Positions 50,049 through 60,890 are shown, counted from the first letter of the stretch. The stretch: DNA of 64,000 bases from an uncultured bacterium (GCA_965371805.1 CBDUZW010000005.1:28926-92925); one strand, 5' to 3'. Notes: generated by a model from the letters alone, not told the origin. Numbers and translations: made by a program.

Positions 50049-51437
50049 TCATTGATCTGTAGACTTATCTTCTATTATATTCAATTGTTCCATTCGATAG
50101 CGTAATATACGCTCACTAATCCCAAGAATTTTTGCAGACTTTACTTTAATACCGCCAGTTAGTCTTAAAGCCTCGCCGATATATTTTCTTTCTATAGATT
50201 CAATTACTTCAGGTAGTTTTCTACCGGAATGGACCAGATCCAGTTCAAATTGATCGTCTTTATTGAGAAATACCCCAATATCTTCATCGTCCAGATAATC
50301 AGAATTAGTAAGAATCACAGCTCTTTCTATCAAATTCTCCAACTCCCTTATATTTCCTGGAAAATGGTAATTAATAAGATTTTTTAAAGTATTTCTTTTT
50401 ATTCCCTTAATTATTTTATTTTCCCTCGTTGAAAATTTTAAAATGAAAAAATCTATCAGACAGGGAATATCTACTTTTCTTTCTCTCAAACTTGGGACAT
50501 CTATTCTGATCACATTTAGTCTATAAAACAGATCTTCCCTGAATTTCTTTTCTCTGACAAGATCTTCCATCTTTTGATTTGTTGCAGCAATTATTCTCAC
50601 ATCAGTTTTTACTGGCGTTGAAGAACCAAGCCTATACACTTCCTTATCTTGAATTGCCCTTAATATTTTCACTTGAGATGATATAGCAAGGTCTCCAATT
50701 TCATCTAAAAACAAAGTGCCTTTATGTGCAGCTTCAAATTTCCCTATTAACCTTCTATCAGCTCCAGTAAAGGATCCTTTTTCAGCTCCGAACAGCTCTG
50801 ATTCTAAAAGGGTTTCTGGAATTGCTGCAATGTTAATTTTAACCATTGGAGCGCTTTTTCTGTCTGATGCATTATGAATTATATCTGCAATTCTATCTTT
50901 TCCAGTCCCGGTTTCTCCACCAATCAATACTGTTGCTTCACTTTTAGCAACCTTCAATGCCATTTTGACTATTTTTTTCATTTTTCTGGAATTACAAATA
51001 AACTCTTTATCAGGTAAAACATCCTTTACCAACTCTTTCAGTCGTTCTACTTCAAGATTTAAGTTTAAAAATTCTATTGTTTTTTTTACTCTTAATAATA
51101 ATTCTTCTTTTTTTACCGGTTTACGTATAAAATCAAATGCACCATTTTGCATTGCCTCTACGGCCAGTTCAAGATTTCCAAAAGCAGTAACCATTATAAC
51201 TTTAGTTATCGGAGAGTTTTCCTGTATCTTTGGTAAGATATCCAATCCGGTCATATCACCCAATTTGTAATCAAGCAATAAAATATCAAAAACTTTTTCA
51301 TTAAATCTTTCTAAAAAATCACTGCCTGATTTAAATGTAGTTACATCAAATCCTTCATTAACAAGAATATCCCTGCTTAGATTTCTATGTAACTCTTCAT
51401 CATCAATAATGCCTATAATAATCAAGTTCTTATCCAT
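50049..51437 (-). CDS. Sigma54-dependent response regulator (NtrC family: REC-AAA+ sigma54 activator-Fis HTH)
   Basis: REC (IIGIIDDEELHRNLSRDILVNEGF...LLDYKLGDMTG). Walker A GETGTGKD. ESELFGAEKGSFTGA (GAFTGA). C-terminal HTH AKILGISERILRYRM. Confidence 0.85.
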   Translation of the reverse strand: MDKNLIIIGIIDDEELHRNLSRDILVNEGFDVTTFKSGSDFLERFNEKVFDILLLDYKLGDMTGLDILPKIQENSPITKVIMVTAFGNLELAVEAMQNGAFDFIRKPVKKEELLLRVKKTIEFLNLNLEVERLKELVKDVLPDKEFICNSRKMKKIVKMALKVAKSEATVLIGGETGTGKDRIADIIHNASDRKSAPMVKINIAAIPETLLESELFGAEKGSFTGADRRLIGKFEAAHKGTLFLDEIGDLAISSQVKILRAIQDKEVYRLGSSTPVKTDVRIIAATNQKMEDLVREKKFREDLFYRLNVIRIDVPSLRERKVDIPCLIDFFILKFSTRENKIIKGIKRNTLKNLINYHFPGNIRELENLIERAVILTNSDYLDDEDIGVFLNKDDQFELDLVHSGRKLPEVIESIERKYIGEALRLTGGIKVKSAKILGISERILRYRMEQLNIIEDKSTDQ

Positions 51438-51786
51438 ATATTTTTATATCATAAAAATATAAAAATTGCCAGTTTTACAACTCTTATAATACAGCTCATC
51501 AAAAATTATCATTTTAAATTCTTTATCCCTACAGGTTGTCCAGCTAATCCATTACTTATAATTTAGAAGCCTGGATAAGAGTAATAGTCAATCAGATTAA
51601 AGGATTATATTCATTTACATGTTATTGATTTTAATAATATATTATTAATCTCCAGTACTTCCAATAATTCATATTAATGGTTTCTTCATTTCCTCATTCC
51701 TTTATATAAAAGATTATAAGCTATTATTTAAAATAAATTTGTTTTGTTTCAAGATTTTTTTTTAAAATTCATTTTTCTTCTCCTTT

Positions 51787-53433
51787 CTATCTGTTAATTG
51801 TGAACCTTTTACTGCATGAATTATCCCGTTCATTAATTTCCTCAATAGTATTGTCAGGATCTACAGTCACAATCATTCTATACCTTTTTCCTTTTTTAAA
51901 TATACATGAAAATGATCTTGTATCAAATAAAATTCCACCTTGTTTTTTAATTGTAAGTTTGATGTTTAGATGATAAGTCTGACCACCTGTTATTAATGGG
52001 ATAATTGAATCGTGTTCCTTTTCACAAAATACATCGCCATCAACAGACTTGATCTCAAGTTTTACTTTAACGTTTCGTAAACTTGCACTTGAATCAACTC
52101 CATAACTACCACTAAACTTATATTTTCTGCCAATTTTGGTAACTCTTACCGAAAAACATGTAATTGTAAGGTTTTTCCAAGAAACAGAAATAGTTTTTGT
52201 ATTATTGCTCTCATCTGATTCGGGTATTCTTAAATTTGAATCTATCATACATGAGATAGTCTTATTGACCCTTCCTTCTAGAAAAAGACTTAATCCAATT
52301 AATGATACATCTTTAATAACACCTTTGCTCAGGTTTAGCCATTTAGTGACTCGTTTTACGGGAGAAACAGCCATAAATTCAATATTTCCTCTAAAGTTTG
52401 AATTATTGCTTCTTACTCTGGCATGAAGCCTTCCATTATCTGCAAAAATTTCTACTATTTCCAGATCTGTGACTGTAGAAGCACCTTGCTGGGGACTAAC
52501 ATCAGTTGTCTTAATCTCAAAGTCTCTGCTTCTACCGGAAATTTCTCCCTGTTCAACTCTAATAAAGTAATTTCCAGATTCAAAATCTGAAGGGATTTGC
52601 CAGTCAAATCCAGATGCGTTATACCTTATACTTTCTATAATAGTAATTCCACCTGATCCATCGGCCTTTCTTAAGTTGACTCTTACATTTCCGGTAATTC
52701 CTACTGCCCGCCATCTTCCTGATATGGTGGCACCCCTGGAACTTCTCAGAACTTGAGAATGTTGGACAGTAATTGACGACGGAAGTGATGCAGCTATACT
52801 AAAAATGGAAGAATCGTCTCCAACAAGATTGTCTATTGTTTTGACTCTGATTGTATAACTCCCATTGGCAACACTATTTGGGACATTCCAGCTAAAACTT
52901 CCATCATTTGTAGTACTATTTGAAATATCTAAAATCTTTGTTGTCCCTGCTGGATTATACAAACGGATCTTTACTGATGCATCTTGAGGTCCAGATTTTG
53001 TCCATTGGATGTTATATGAGCCCCCTTTTGCTACAGTTTCACTTAATACTGGTTTTGTTACTGTAATTGTAGCAGCTGGAGATGGAACATCTGAAATTGT
53101 AAAAACTCCACTATCATCCCAAGTTACATTGTCAAGGGTTTTTACTCTAACAACATAATTGCCATTTGCTACACTATTTGGGACCGGCCAAGAAAAACTT
53201 CCATTATTTGCTGTACTATTTGTAATATCTAAAATCTTTATTGTACCTGCTGTATTATACAAGCGGATCTTTACTGATGCATCTTGAGATCCAGATTTTG
53301 TCCATTGTATAGTATAAGGACTCCCTTTTACTACAGTTTCACCTGATGCAGGTTTTGTAACTGTTATAGTAGCAGCTGACAACATTCCCATAGTTATAAT
53401 TATAACTAACATAAATAATAATAATCTTTTCAT
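51787..53433 (-). CDS. Secreted protein with three tandem ~90-aa Ig-like (Kre9/KNH-like) repeats and a C-terminal CARDB-like domain
   Basis: Likely start MKRLLLFMLVIIITMG with a GGAGGG RBS. The tracked ORF extends to a TTG at 53484. Repeats ATITVTKP.SGETV.KGS.Y.IQWTKSG.QDASVKIRLYN.AGT.KILDI.NST.N.GSFSW.VPNSVANG.Y..RVKT. Confidence 0.45.
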   Translation of the reverse strand: MKRLLLFMLVIIITMGMLSAATITVTKPASGETVVKGSPYTIQWTKSGSQDASVKIRLYNTAGTIKILDITNSTANNGSFSWPVPNSVANGNYVVRVKTLDNVTWDDSGVFTISDVPSPAATITVTKPVLSETVAKGGSYNIQWTKSGPQDASVKIRLYNPAGTTKILDISNSTTNDGSFSWNVPNSVANGSYTIRVKTIDNLVGDDSSIFSIAASLPSSITVQHSQVLRSSRGATISGRWRAVGITGNVRVNLRKADGSGGITIIESIRYNASGFDWQIPSDFESGNYFIRVEQGEISGRSRDFEIKTTDVSPQQGASTVTDLEIVEIFADNGRLHARVRSNNSNFRGNIEFMAVSPVKRVTKWLNLSKGVIKDVSLIGLSLFLEGRVNKTISCMIDSNLRIPESDESNNTKTISVSWKNLTITCFSVRVTKIGRKYKFSGSYGVDSSASLRNVKVKLEIKSVDGDVFCEKEHDSIIPLITGGQTYHLNIKLTIKKQGGILFDTRSFSCIFKKGKRYRMIVTVDPDNTIEEINERDNSCSKRFTINR

Positions 53434-53479
53434 TTTTCCCTCCAAAAATGTATTTTCAAATTTCTCACATAAAACATAC

Positions 53480-53495
53480 AGCAAAAAATATGCCA
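53480..53495 (-). promoter_or_regulatory. Sigma54 (-24/-12) promoter TGGCAT-N5-TTGCT upstream of the secreted repeat-protein gene
   Basis: Reverse complement of 53480-53495 is TGGCATatttTTTGCT, close to the consensus TGGCAC-N5-TTGCA, about 47 nt upstream of the ATG. Upstream inverted repeats (GACAAG-GCTATATATAGC-N6-CTTGTC at 53549-53578; CAAACAA-N6-TTGTTTG at 53579-53598) are candidate enhancer sites. Confidence 0.45.
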
Positions 53496-53708
53496 GATAT
53501 AAATATTTTCTATTTAAAAAATCAATATTGTTTTATATAACAGAGATAGACAAGGCTATATATAGCTCTGGGCTTGTCAAACAAAAATAATTGTTTGTTA
53601 ATTTATAATTGATTTCAAAATGTATTAATTCAATTCTGACAATTTTGTTGTTTTTTCAACAAATTTGTTGGATTTACATATAGCTCAATCTGTTTGTTTT
53701 AAATCAAA

Positions 53709-56700
53709 TTATGTAGAATAATTGTCTTTAACAGGAAGAAGGACATAAAAAATGCTTCCTTTGGGAAAATTGTTTAGATAACCGATTGTTCCATCATGTG
53801 CTTCTATAATAAGCCGGGCTACTGCCAGGCCCAGACCGGTACCCTTAATTGAGGAAATCTGGTCTTTTTTTAATTGATAATATTTATCAAAAAGGTATTG
53901 GACACTTGCTTTATCAACTCCTGATCCTTCATCAATCACTGAAAACTCTTGAAAAACAGCATTATCTTTGATGGTCTTATTTAATCTTAGAGTAATCCAA
54001 CCATTTTTTGGAGAATATTTTAAGGCATTTGTCAACAGGTTATTAACTAATTGGGTCATACGCATCTGATCCAGTAAAATAGGCTGCAGATTTTCAAATT
54101 CAGTCTTGATTTGGAGGTTTCTATTTTTTAAAAGGGGTATCATCAAAGATACAGAATCTTCAATAATGCTCTGAAAAGGAATTATCTCTTTAGATAGAAT
54201 CATTTTTCCTGATTCAAATTTAAAAACATTTAAAATATCATCAATTATTTTCAACATTATGTCTGCTGATTTTGTAATAACATTATTTATTTTTTTGATA
54301 TTCTCCTTATCAGGTTGTTCATTTAAAACACTTGAATATCCCACTATATTATTAAGAGGACTTCCAAGATCATGTACGAGCATAGCAACAAAATCTTTCT
54401 TTAACTTGAGCTCACTTTTTAAATGATCTCTTTTCAATCTTGATTTTATTACCCTTATTCTTATTCTATAAAAAGTAAATATAATAAATAAAAATGCTAA
54501 GACTAATATTCCCTTAAACCATATTCTTTGCCAGAAAGGAGGTGTAATAGTGATAAGAAGTTTCGCCCCTTTCTTATTCCAGATGCCATCATTATTGGTC
54601 CCCAAAACCTTAAAAACATATTCTCCCGGATCCAGATTTGTATAAGAGACAAATCTACGAGCACCTGAATTTATCCACTCAGAGTCAAGACCCTCTAATT
54701 GATAGGAATATTTGCTTTTCCCGGAAATACGGTAATCGAGAGCAGCGAATTTAAAAGAAAAAAAATTTTCTTTATATGATAATACAATTTTATTTGTATA
54801 ATTTATTGGGTTTTTTAAGAATAAACTGGATTCATGATCAACAGGTTTATTAAATAATTGAAATTCAGTAATCAAGATTTCAGGTTTATATTGGTTATCT
54901 ACAATTTCTTCAGGTTTAAATATATTAAACCCATTGATGCCGCCAAATAACATTTCATTGTTTTTCCTTTTAAAACAAGCTCCCTGATTAAATTCATTAC
55001 TCTGCAAACCATCCCCTTGATCATAATTTTTAAATGTTTCAGATTTTGGATCAAATTTTGACAAGCCCAGATTGGTACTGAACCATAGAAGGCCCTTTTC
55101 ATCCTCCAATAATCCATAAATTACTTCATTGCTCATTCCATTTTTACTGTTAAATCTAACAAATTTTTTTAATTCTCTATCAAATTTGTTTAATCCCCCA
55201 TAAGTTCCAATCCATAAAGAGCCTGATTTATCTTCATAAATAGTAGTGATAATATTATTACTTATACTATTTTTGTCACCTTGAATATTTTTAAAATGAG
55301 TGAATTTATTTTTTTGAACATCAAACTTATTTAATCCTCCTCCGGATGTCCCAACCCAGAAATTGTTTAGTTTATCATTGTATATGGATAATACATAATT
55401 ATGACTTAAACTTGTCGGATCTCCAGGAATGTTTTTATAATGTGTGAACTTTTTTAAGATTGGATCAAATTTGTTTAAACCTCCAAGTTCTGTTCCAATC
55501 CAGATAATGCCTTCTTTATCTTCATATAATTTCCAAATTAAATTATCACTTAAACTATCCGGATCATTACTATTGGATAGAAAATGTACAAATTGGTTCG
55601 TTTCTTTGTTTAACATATTTAATCCACCACCATAAGTACCAACCCATAAAACGCCTTTTCTATCTTCTAATATTGATACCACAGCATTATTGTTTAAACT
55701 ATATGGATCTTTTGGATCATGAAGATATTGCTTATATTTATTTTTATATCTATCAAATCGATTTAAACCGCCCAGATAAGTGCCTATCCATATTATTTTT
55801 GAACGATCTTCATAAAGAGCCCATATATAATTATCACTAAGTTCATTTTCACCATCTGATTCATTGCAAAAATGTAAAAATTTCTTCCTATTTAAATCTA
55901 ATCTATTTACCCCTCCACCAAATGTCCCTATCCAAAGGATACCAGAATCATCCTCAACAATCGATAAGATTGAATTATGACTAATACTTCTTGAGTTTTT
56001 TATCGAATTTTTGAAATGTGTAAATGTATTAGTTTTGCGATTATATCTGTTCAATCCATCTCTATATGTACCAACCCATAGATCTCCATCTGTATCTTCA
56101 TAGATTGTTGAAACACTATTATTGCTTAAACTTTTACTATCAATTGGATTATTTATAAATTTAATAAACTGATCTGTTTTGGAATTATATAGATTGACAC
56201 CTCCCAATGCAGTACCAATCCAAAGTGATTTATGACTATCCATAAATACAGTTTGGATATAATTATCAGATAAGCTTTCAAGATTATCTTTTTGACTCTT
56301 ATAAACATCAAATATATTGTTTTTCTGATTATATCTATTTAATCCACCACCATAAGTTCCAACCCAAAGGTTTCCAAATTTATCTTCACAAATTGAAGTA
56401 ACATAGTTATGACTCAAACTTCTGGAATTGAGAGGATCATTTTTATTATGTGAAAAGTCACCTCTTATTTTTGAAAATTTATTCACCCCACCATTCCGGG
56501 TTCCAATCCACAATGTATTTGATGAGTCTCCATATAGACAGGTAATAAAATTACCACTTATGCTCCTTGGATTACCAGAAATATTTTTATAATGTTCAAA
56601 TCTCTCATTTTGAGGGTCATATCTATTAAGTCCCCCACCATGTGTTCCTATCCATATTATCCCATCTTTATCTTCAAAAATTGCCAGGATATAATTATTA

Positions 56701-57065
56701 CTAATGCTATTAATATCATTTAAATTATTTTTAAATATTTTAAATGAGTATCCATCATATCTGTTCAAACCGTCCTCAGTTCCAAACCACATAAATCCCT
56801 GTTTATCCTGTAATACACAAAATACAGAATTTTGTGAAAGACCATTATCAATTGACAGACTATCAAATTTTATATTATTTTCCCCTTGAACAGTACAGAT
56901 AAAACCTACAAAAAATATTACAATCAAAAAAAAAAGTACTCTATCTTTTTTTCTAAGCATACAAATATAATACCTTAAAAAAAACAAATTGTTAACACTT
57001 AAATTAAAAATATTGCAAAATCCCTCTGAATTCCACCTACTACATAAATGTAAACAAAGTGACAA
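53709..57065 (-). CDS. Reg_prop/Y_Y_Y transmembrane sensor histidine kinase (HisKA + HATPase_c, no receiver)
   Basis: Likely start MLRKKDRVLFFLIVIFFVGF. About 14 propeller repeats. Y_Y_Y. TM ILVLAFLFIIFTFY. H-box LVHDLGSPLNNI. G-box SVIDEGSGVD...GTGLGLAV. Confidence 0.75.
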   Translation of the reverse strand: MSLCLHLCSRWNSEGFCNIFNLSVNNLFFLRYYICMLRKKDRVLFFLIVIFFVGFICTVQGENNIKFDSLSIDNGLSQNSVFCVLQDKQGFMWFGTEDGLNRYDGYSFKIFKNNLNDINSISNNYILAIFEDKDGIIWIGTHGGGLNRYDPQNERFEHYKNISGNPRSISGNFITCLYGDSSNTLWIGTRNGGVNKFSKIRGDFSHNKNDPLNSRSLSHNYVTSICEDKFGNLWVGTYGGGLNRYNQKNNIFDVYKSQKDNLESLSDNYIQTVFMDSHKSLWIGTALGGVNLYNSKTDQFIKFINNPIDSKSLSNNSVSTIYEDTDGDLWVGTYRDGLNRYNRKTNTFTHFKNSIKNSRSISHNSILSIVEDDSGILWIGTFGGGVNRLDLNRKKFLHFCNESDGENELSDNYIWALYEDRSKIIWIGTYLGGLNRFDRYKNKYKQYLHDPKDPYSLNNNAVVSILEDRKGVLWVGTYGGGLNMLNKETNQFVHFLSNSNDPDSLSDNLIWKLYEDKEGIIWIGTELGGLNKFDPILKKFTHYKNIPGDPTSLSHNYVLSIYNDKLNNFWVGTSGGGLNKFDVQKNKFTHFKNIQGDKNSISNNIITTIYEDKSGSLWIGTYGGLNKFDRELKKFVRFNSKNGMSNEVIYGLLEDEKGLLWFSTNLGLSKFDPKSETFKNYDQGDGLQSNEFNQGACFKRKNNEMLFGGINGFNIFKPEEIVDNQYKPEILITEFQLFNKPVDHESSLFLKNPINYTNKIVLSYKENFFSFKFAALDYRISGKSKYSYQLEGLDSEWINSGARRFVSYTNLDPGEYVFKVLGTNNDGIWNKKGAKLLITITPPFWQRIWFKGILVLAFLFIIFTFYRIRIRVIKSRLKRDHLKSELKLKKDFVAMLVHDLGSPLNNIVGYSSVLNEQPDKENIKKINNVITKSADIMLKIIDDILNVFKFESGKMILSKEIIPFQSIIEDSVSLMIPLLKNRNLQIKTEFENLQPILLDQMRMTQLVNNLLTNALKYSPKNGWITLRLNKTIKDNAVFQEFSVIDEGSGVDKASVQYLFDKYYQLKKDQISSIKGTGLGLAVARLIIEAHDGTIGYLNNFPKGSIFYVLLPVKDNYST

Positions 57066-57204
57066 AATTGTCAGTCCCTACATAACACAAAACCTGTCTC
57101 ACAATAATTAAACAGCAATATAGGACGTTACTAGAAAGACATTTTCACAATTTTTCTTTGGCATATTACTTGCATTGAAATATATTAATTAAAGGGAGAA
57201 AAAA

Positions 57205-57708
57205 ATGAAAAAAAAAATTAAAGTTTTGATGTTTCTTGGAACAATGTGTTTAGTATTGGTAATAATGCAGCCGCTTTCAGCTTTTAACCAGGCAAACGTA
57301 ATGAAGAAACCCATAAAACCATTAAAGTTTGCTGTAGACGTTTATATAAGGGCAATTTCAGTTGAGCAATGTCTTTGTGAAAATGATTTAAGCCGCAATT
57401 TTAATGCCCTCGCACCTAAAAAAGTTGCAGTTATCCTCTACAATGAACACACAAGAAGTGTAAAGGTTGAAACAACACTCACATACTATAATCTTGCCAA
57501 CAAAAAAATAACAATAAAAAGGATTTCTGATCTACCCTCAAAAAGAACAAGATGGGTTACTTTTATAAATTCTTACAAATTGATAAAAAAATCATCACGT
57601 ATCTCTGCCTATATAAGAATAATAGATAGTAGATATTCTGACAAAAACACATCCAATAACAAAAAATCAATAAAAGAATGTCCCCATATGTTGAATAGAA
57701 AAATCTAG
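57205..57708 (+). CDS. Hypothetical secreted protein
   Basis: Signal peptide MKKKIKVLMFLGTMCLVLVIMQPLSA. No recognisable domain. Confidence 0.35.
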   Translation: MKKKIKVLMFLGTMCLVLVIMQPLSAFNQANVMKKPIKPLKFAVDVYIRAISVEQCLCENDLSRNFNALAPKKVAVILYNEHTRSVKVETTLTYYNLANKKITIKRISDLPSKRTRWVTFINSYKLIKKSSRISAYIRIIDSRYSDKNTSNNKKSIKECPHMLNRKI

Positions 57709-57908
57709 AAAAATGTTTTAGATATATCCTTACCTGAGGGAATAGATTAAGAGGTTATATCCTTTTCAGATATGCATAGGCAATTTCCTCTTTTCCTTTA
57801 GAAATACTAGATTGGCCTTCTTCATACGAGATTTTATTAATTAAAGGTTTAATTTAATAGACTTTAAATTGTTTTTTTGATAAATTTTCATTTAAAAAGG
57901 AGACAATA

Positions 57909-59081
57909 ATGACTTACTTTACTCATCTGGAATGTGGAAATTGTGGAAAGATTCTCAATAAAGACAAAATTTGGAATCTATGCCCGGATTGCTCAAAGCC
58001 TTTACTTGCAAGATATGATCTTAAAAGAGCAGGAAAAATAATTGACAGAGATCAGCTTAAACTAAGAGACCAGACTATGTGGAGATATAGAGAGTTATTG
58101 CCGGTAGCCGATGCATCAAAGATCGTTACCCTTGGAGAAGGAGGAACCCCACTTCACCGGGCTAAAAACCTTGAAAATCTGATAGGATTCAAGAATGTCT
58201 ATATAAAAGATGAAGGCGTTAATCCAACAGGCTCATTTAAAGCCAGAGGACTGGGAATGGCCGTTTCCAGAGCTCACGAACTGGGAATAAAATCACTTTC
58301 GATCCCAACAGCCGGGAATGCTGGTGGTGCAATGAGTGCCTATGCTTCTCTTGCTAAAATGGAAGCACATGTATTTATGCCCGCAGATGTCCCAAAACCA
58401 TTCATAAACGAATGTAAGGTTCTCGGGGCTACAGTTACACTGATAGATGGAGTCATAACTGACTGTGGAAAAGCTGCTGCTTCTGAGCTTAAAAAATTCA
58501 ACCGATTTGATGTGTCCACTCTAAAAGAACCATATAGAATTGAAGGCAAAAAAACTATGGGTTATGAGCTGGCCGAACAAATGGAATGGAAACTTCCAGA
58601 TGTAATTGTTTATCCAACTGGTGGTGGAACCGGACTAATTGGAATGTGGAAAGCCTTTGATGAGATGGAACAATTAGGATGGATAGGATCAAAAAGGCCC
58701 CGGATGGTTTCAGTTCAATCAGAAGGCTGTGCTCCAATAGTAAAAGCATTTGAAAAAGGTGAAAAGTTTGCAGAATTCTGGAAAGATGCCGCTACTATCG
58801 CAGATGGGATGAGGGTCCCGGCAGCTGTTGGAGATTTTCTGATTTTAAAAGCACTGGAGGAAAGTAATGGATTTGCCCTTACTGTGAGTGATAAGGATAT
58901 ATTAAAATACTCAAAATTAATGGGAGATACCCAGGGTATATTTCCGGCTCCTGAAGGAGCAGCAACTTTAGCTGCATTAATAAAAATGATATCAAAAAAA
59001 CTTATAAAAAATGGAGACAGTGTCGTACTTTTTAACACAGGAAGCGGTCATAAATACTCTCAGATATGGGATAATATTTAA
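57909..59081 (+). CDS. thrC: Threonine synthase
   Basis: N-terminal Cys-rich LECGNCGK...CPDCSKPL. PLP site GSFKARGLGMAVS. 390 aa. Confidence 0.8.
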   Translation: MTYFTHLECGNCGKILNKDKIWNLCPDCSKPLLARYDLKRAGKIIDRDQLKLRDQTMWRYRELLPVADASKIVTLGEGGTPLHRAKNLENLIGFKNVYIKDEGVNPTGSFKARGLGMAVSRAHELGIKSLSIPTAGNAGGAMSAYASLAKMEAHVFMPADVPKPFINECKVLGATVTLIDGVITDCGKAAASELKKFNRFDVSTLKEPYRIEGKKTMGYELAEQMEWKLPDVIVYPTGGGTGLIGMWKAFDEMEQLGWIGSKRPRMVSVQSEGCAPIVKAFEKGEKFAEFWKDAATIADGMRVPAAVGDFLILKALEESNGFALTVSDKDILKYSKLMGDTQGIFPAPEGAATLAALIKMISKKLIKNGDSVVLFNTGSGHKYSQIWDNI

Positions 59082-59117
59082 TTGGTAGTGTGTAATGATG
59101 TTAGATATTTACCAAAA

Positions 59118-59510
59118 CTACTTATTTACTAATGCTTTAACAACATTTGTAAGCTGATCAAATGAGTATGGTTTTTCAATATAACTGACATTCTTATATT
59201 TTAAAATTTCATCTATGCTATCATCTTTTTTTGTGCCGGAAGCAATTAAGACTTTTATATCCTCATTATGTTTTTTTATCTCAGTTAGAACTTCAATACC
59301 TGATTTTCTTGGCATCATAAGGTCAAGAATTATAAAACTCAATTCTTCTTTATTTTCAATAAAAACTCTAATACCTTCCTCTCCATCCTCAGCATGGATA
59401 ACATCAAATCCCATTTCCGAAAGAATAGCTGCAGCGACTTTTCTTATAATTGGTTCATCATCAACAACTAGTGCAAGTTCTTTATAATTATGTTTGTGAT
59501 TTTTTTTCAT
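59118..59510 (-). CDS. Stand-alone CheY-like response-regulator receiver
   Basis: LALVVDDEPIIRKVAAAILSEMGFDVIHAEDGEEG...IILDLMMPRKSGIEVL...VLIASG; 130 aa. Confidence 0.8.
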   Translation of the reverse strand: MKKNHKHNYKELALVVDDEPIIRKVAAAILSEMGFDVIHAEDGEEGIRVFIENKEELSFIILDLMMPRKSGIEVLTEIKKHNEDIKVLIASGTKKDDSIDEILKYKNVSYIEKPYSFDQLTNVVKALVNK

Positions 59511-59693
59511 ATTAATTTTTCTTTTAAAGTAACCAACCTCTTTTCTGATTTTTTCTTTTCATTCTTCCAAAAAAGCAAAAAGAGAAAGGAAATAAAATAA
59601 AGAAGAATAAGAAAAAACCTTTTTCTTTTCATTATTTTATTATAACAAAAAAAAAAAAAAGTACAATTATAATATATACCTAAATTTTTAATC

Positions 59694-59860
59694 AAAACCT
59701 ACTGCAATACTCAATATGCCCATTCTAACTGCATAAACCTCAATCATCTTCATTTCAAAATAGTGAAACTATTATTCATTCGATTTAATCGCTTTACTTG
59801 TTATAACGATCATCTTGAGCATTTCGTGACAATTTTGATGAAAATTTTAGGATATAAGAA
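59694..59860. repeat. Copy B of the ~165-bp diverged direct repeat (copy A at 8397..8565)
   Basis: See copy A. Preceded by an A15 tract at 59651-59665. Confidence 0.8.
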
Positions 59861-59906
59861 AAAAAATCTTGCGTTTTAGTAATATTTTTTTAAAAACTCA
59901 CTTTTT

Positions 59907-60890
59907 TTAACTGAGCCGCTTATTATTTTTCAGCCATGGAAGTTGATCTAAGTCTACATTTCCACCAGAAAGAATAATTCCTGTTTTCTTGTCTTTCACA
60001 TCTATTGCACTAGATAAAATAGCAGCTAAAGGGACCGCTGAAGAAGGCTCAACTATGATCTTCATCCTCTCCCATATCAATCTCATTGCTTCAATTATGG
60101 AATCCTCATCAACTCTGACAATACTGTCAAAATAGTGTCTTATTATATGAAAGGTTTTATCTCCCAGTGAGGTTAAAAGACCATCAGCTATAGTTTTTGG
60201 GTTTACAGAAGGAAATATTTTGCCCTCATAAAATGATCTGTAGGCGTCATCTGCCATAGCCGGCTCAGCAGCAATAACCTCTGTTTCAGGAAACATTGAT
60301 TTAACAATAATTCCGGTTCCACTTGCTAATCCTCCTCCCCCTACAGGAACAATTACTTTATCAAGCTTTCCCACCTCATTTAATAACTCCATACCTGCAG
60401 TCCCCTGACCGCTGATGATCTGGTAATTATTATAGGGATGGATAGATGTTGCTCCTGTTTTATTTACTATCTCTTTTAAAGTATCCTCTCGCGCTTTTAA
60501 AGTTGGTTTACAAAATGTAATTATTGCGCCATAACCCTCAACTGCCCTCTTTTTTATTTCCGGTGCTGTTTCCGGCATAGCTATATAGGCTTTTACGCCT
60601 CTGTATCTTGCAGCCAATGCTAGAGCTGCTGCATGATTGCCGGAGGAATGTGTAGCAACACCTTTTTTGATTTCTTCTTTACTTAGAGAAAACACTGCAT
60701 TTACAGCACCTCTTATCTTAAATGCTCCAACCTTCTGAAAATTCTCACATTTAAAAAAGATATTTCCACCTGTAATTTTATTTATTGCCGAACTTGTTAA
60801 TACAGGTGTATTGTGAATATATGGTTTAATTAGACTCGCTGCTTTTATAATGTCATCTTGACTTGGAATTTTCATTTTGTTTATTTCCAT
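59907..60890 (-). CDS. PLP-dependent threonine/serine dehydratase-family enzyme (fold-type II, no ACT domain)
   Basis: FKCENFQKVGAFKIRGAVNAV. Gly-rich loop VPVGGGGLASG. 327 aa. Confidence 0.7.
   Translation of the reverse strand: MEINKMKIPSQDDIIKAASLIKPYIHNTPVLTSSAINKITGGNIFFKCENFQKVGAFKIRGAVNAVFSLSKEEIKKGVATHSSGNHAAALALAARYRGVKAYIAMPETAPEIKKRAVEGYGAIITFCKPTLKAREDTLKEIVNKTGATSIHPYNNYQIISGQGTAGMELLNEVGKLDKVIVPVGGGGLASGTGIIVKSMFPETEVIAAEPAMADDAYRSFYEGKIFPSVNPKTIADGLLTSLGDKTFHIIRHYFDSIVRVDEDSIIEAMRLIWERMKIIVEPSSAVPLAAILSSAIDVKDKKTGIILSGGNVDLDQLPWLKNNKRLS

Noticed and set aside
57709-57908. Possible riboswitch or leader upstream of thrC.
   Set aside because: Only short direct repeats (tatatcc). 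No recognisable conserved riboswitch core or convincing terminator/antiterminator pair.
59507-59695. 62-aa minus-strand ORF upstream of the CheY-like gene.
   Set aside because: Low-complexity translation (FFFFCYNKIMKRKRFFLILLYFISFLFLLF) across poly-A/poly-T tracts. It overlaps the response-regulator start with no RBS.
8397-59860. The two 165-bp direct repeats could be att sites bracketing a 51-kb integrated island next to tRNA-Pro.
   Set aside because: The repeat is not derived from the tRNA 3' end and is only ~84% identical. No integrase, recombinase or transposase lies between the copies. The interval is full of housekeeping genes (fbaA, recQ, surE, thrC, lys operon).
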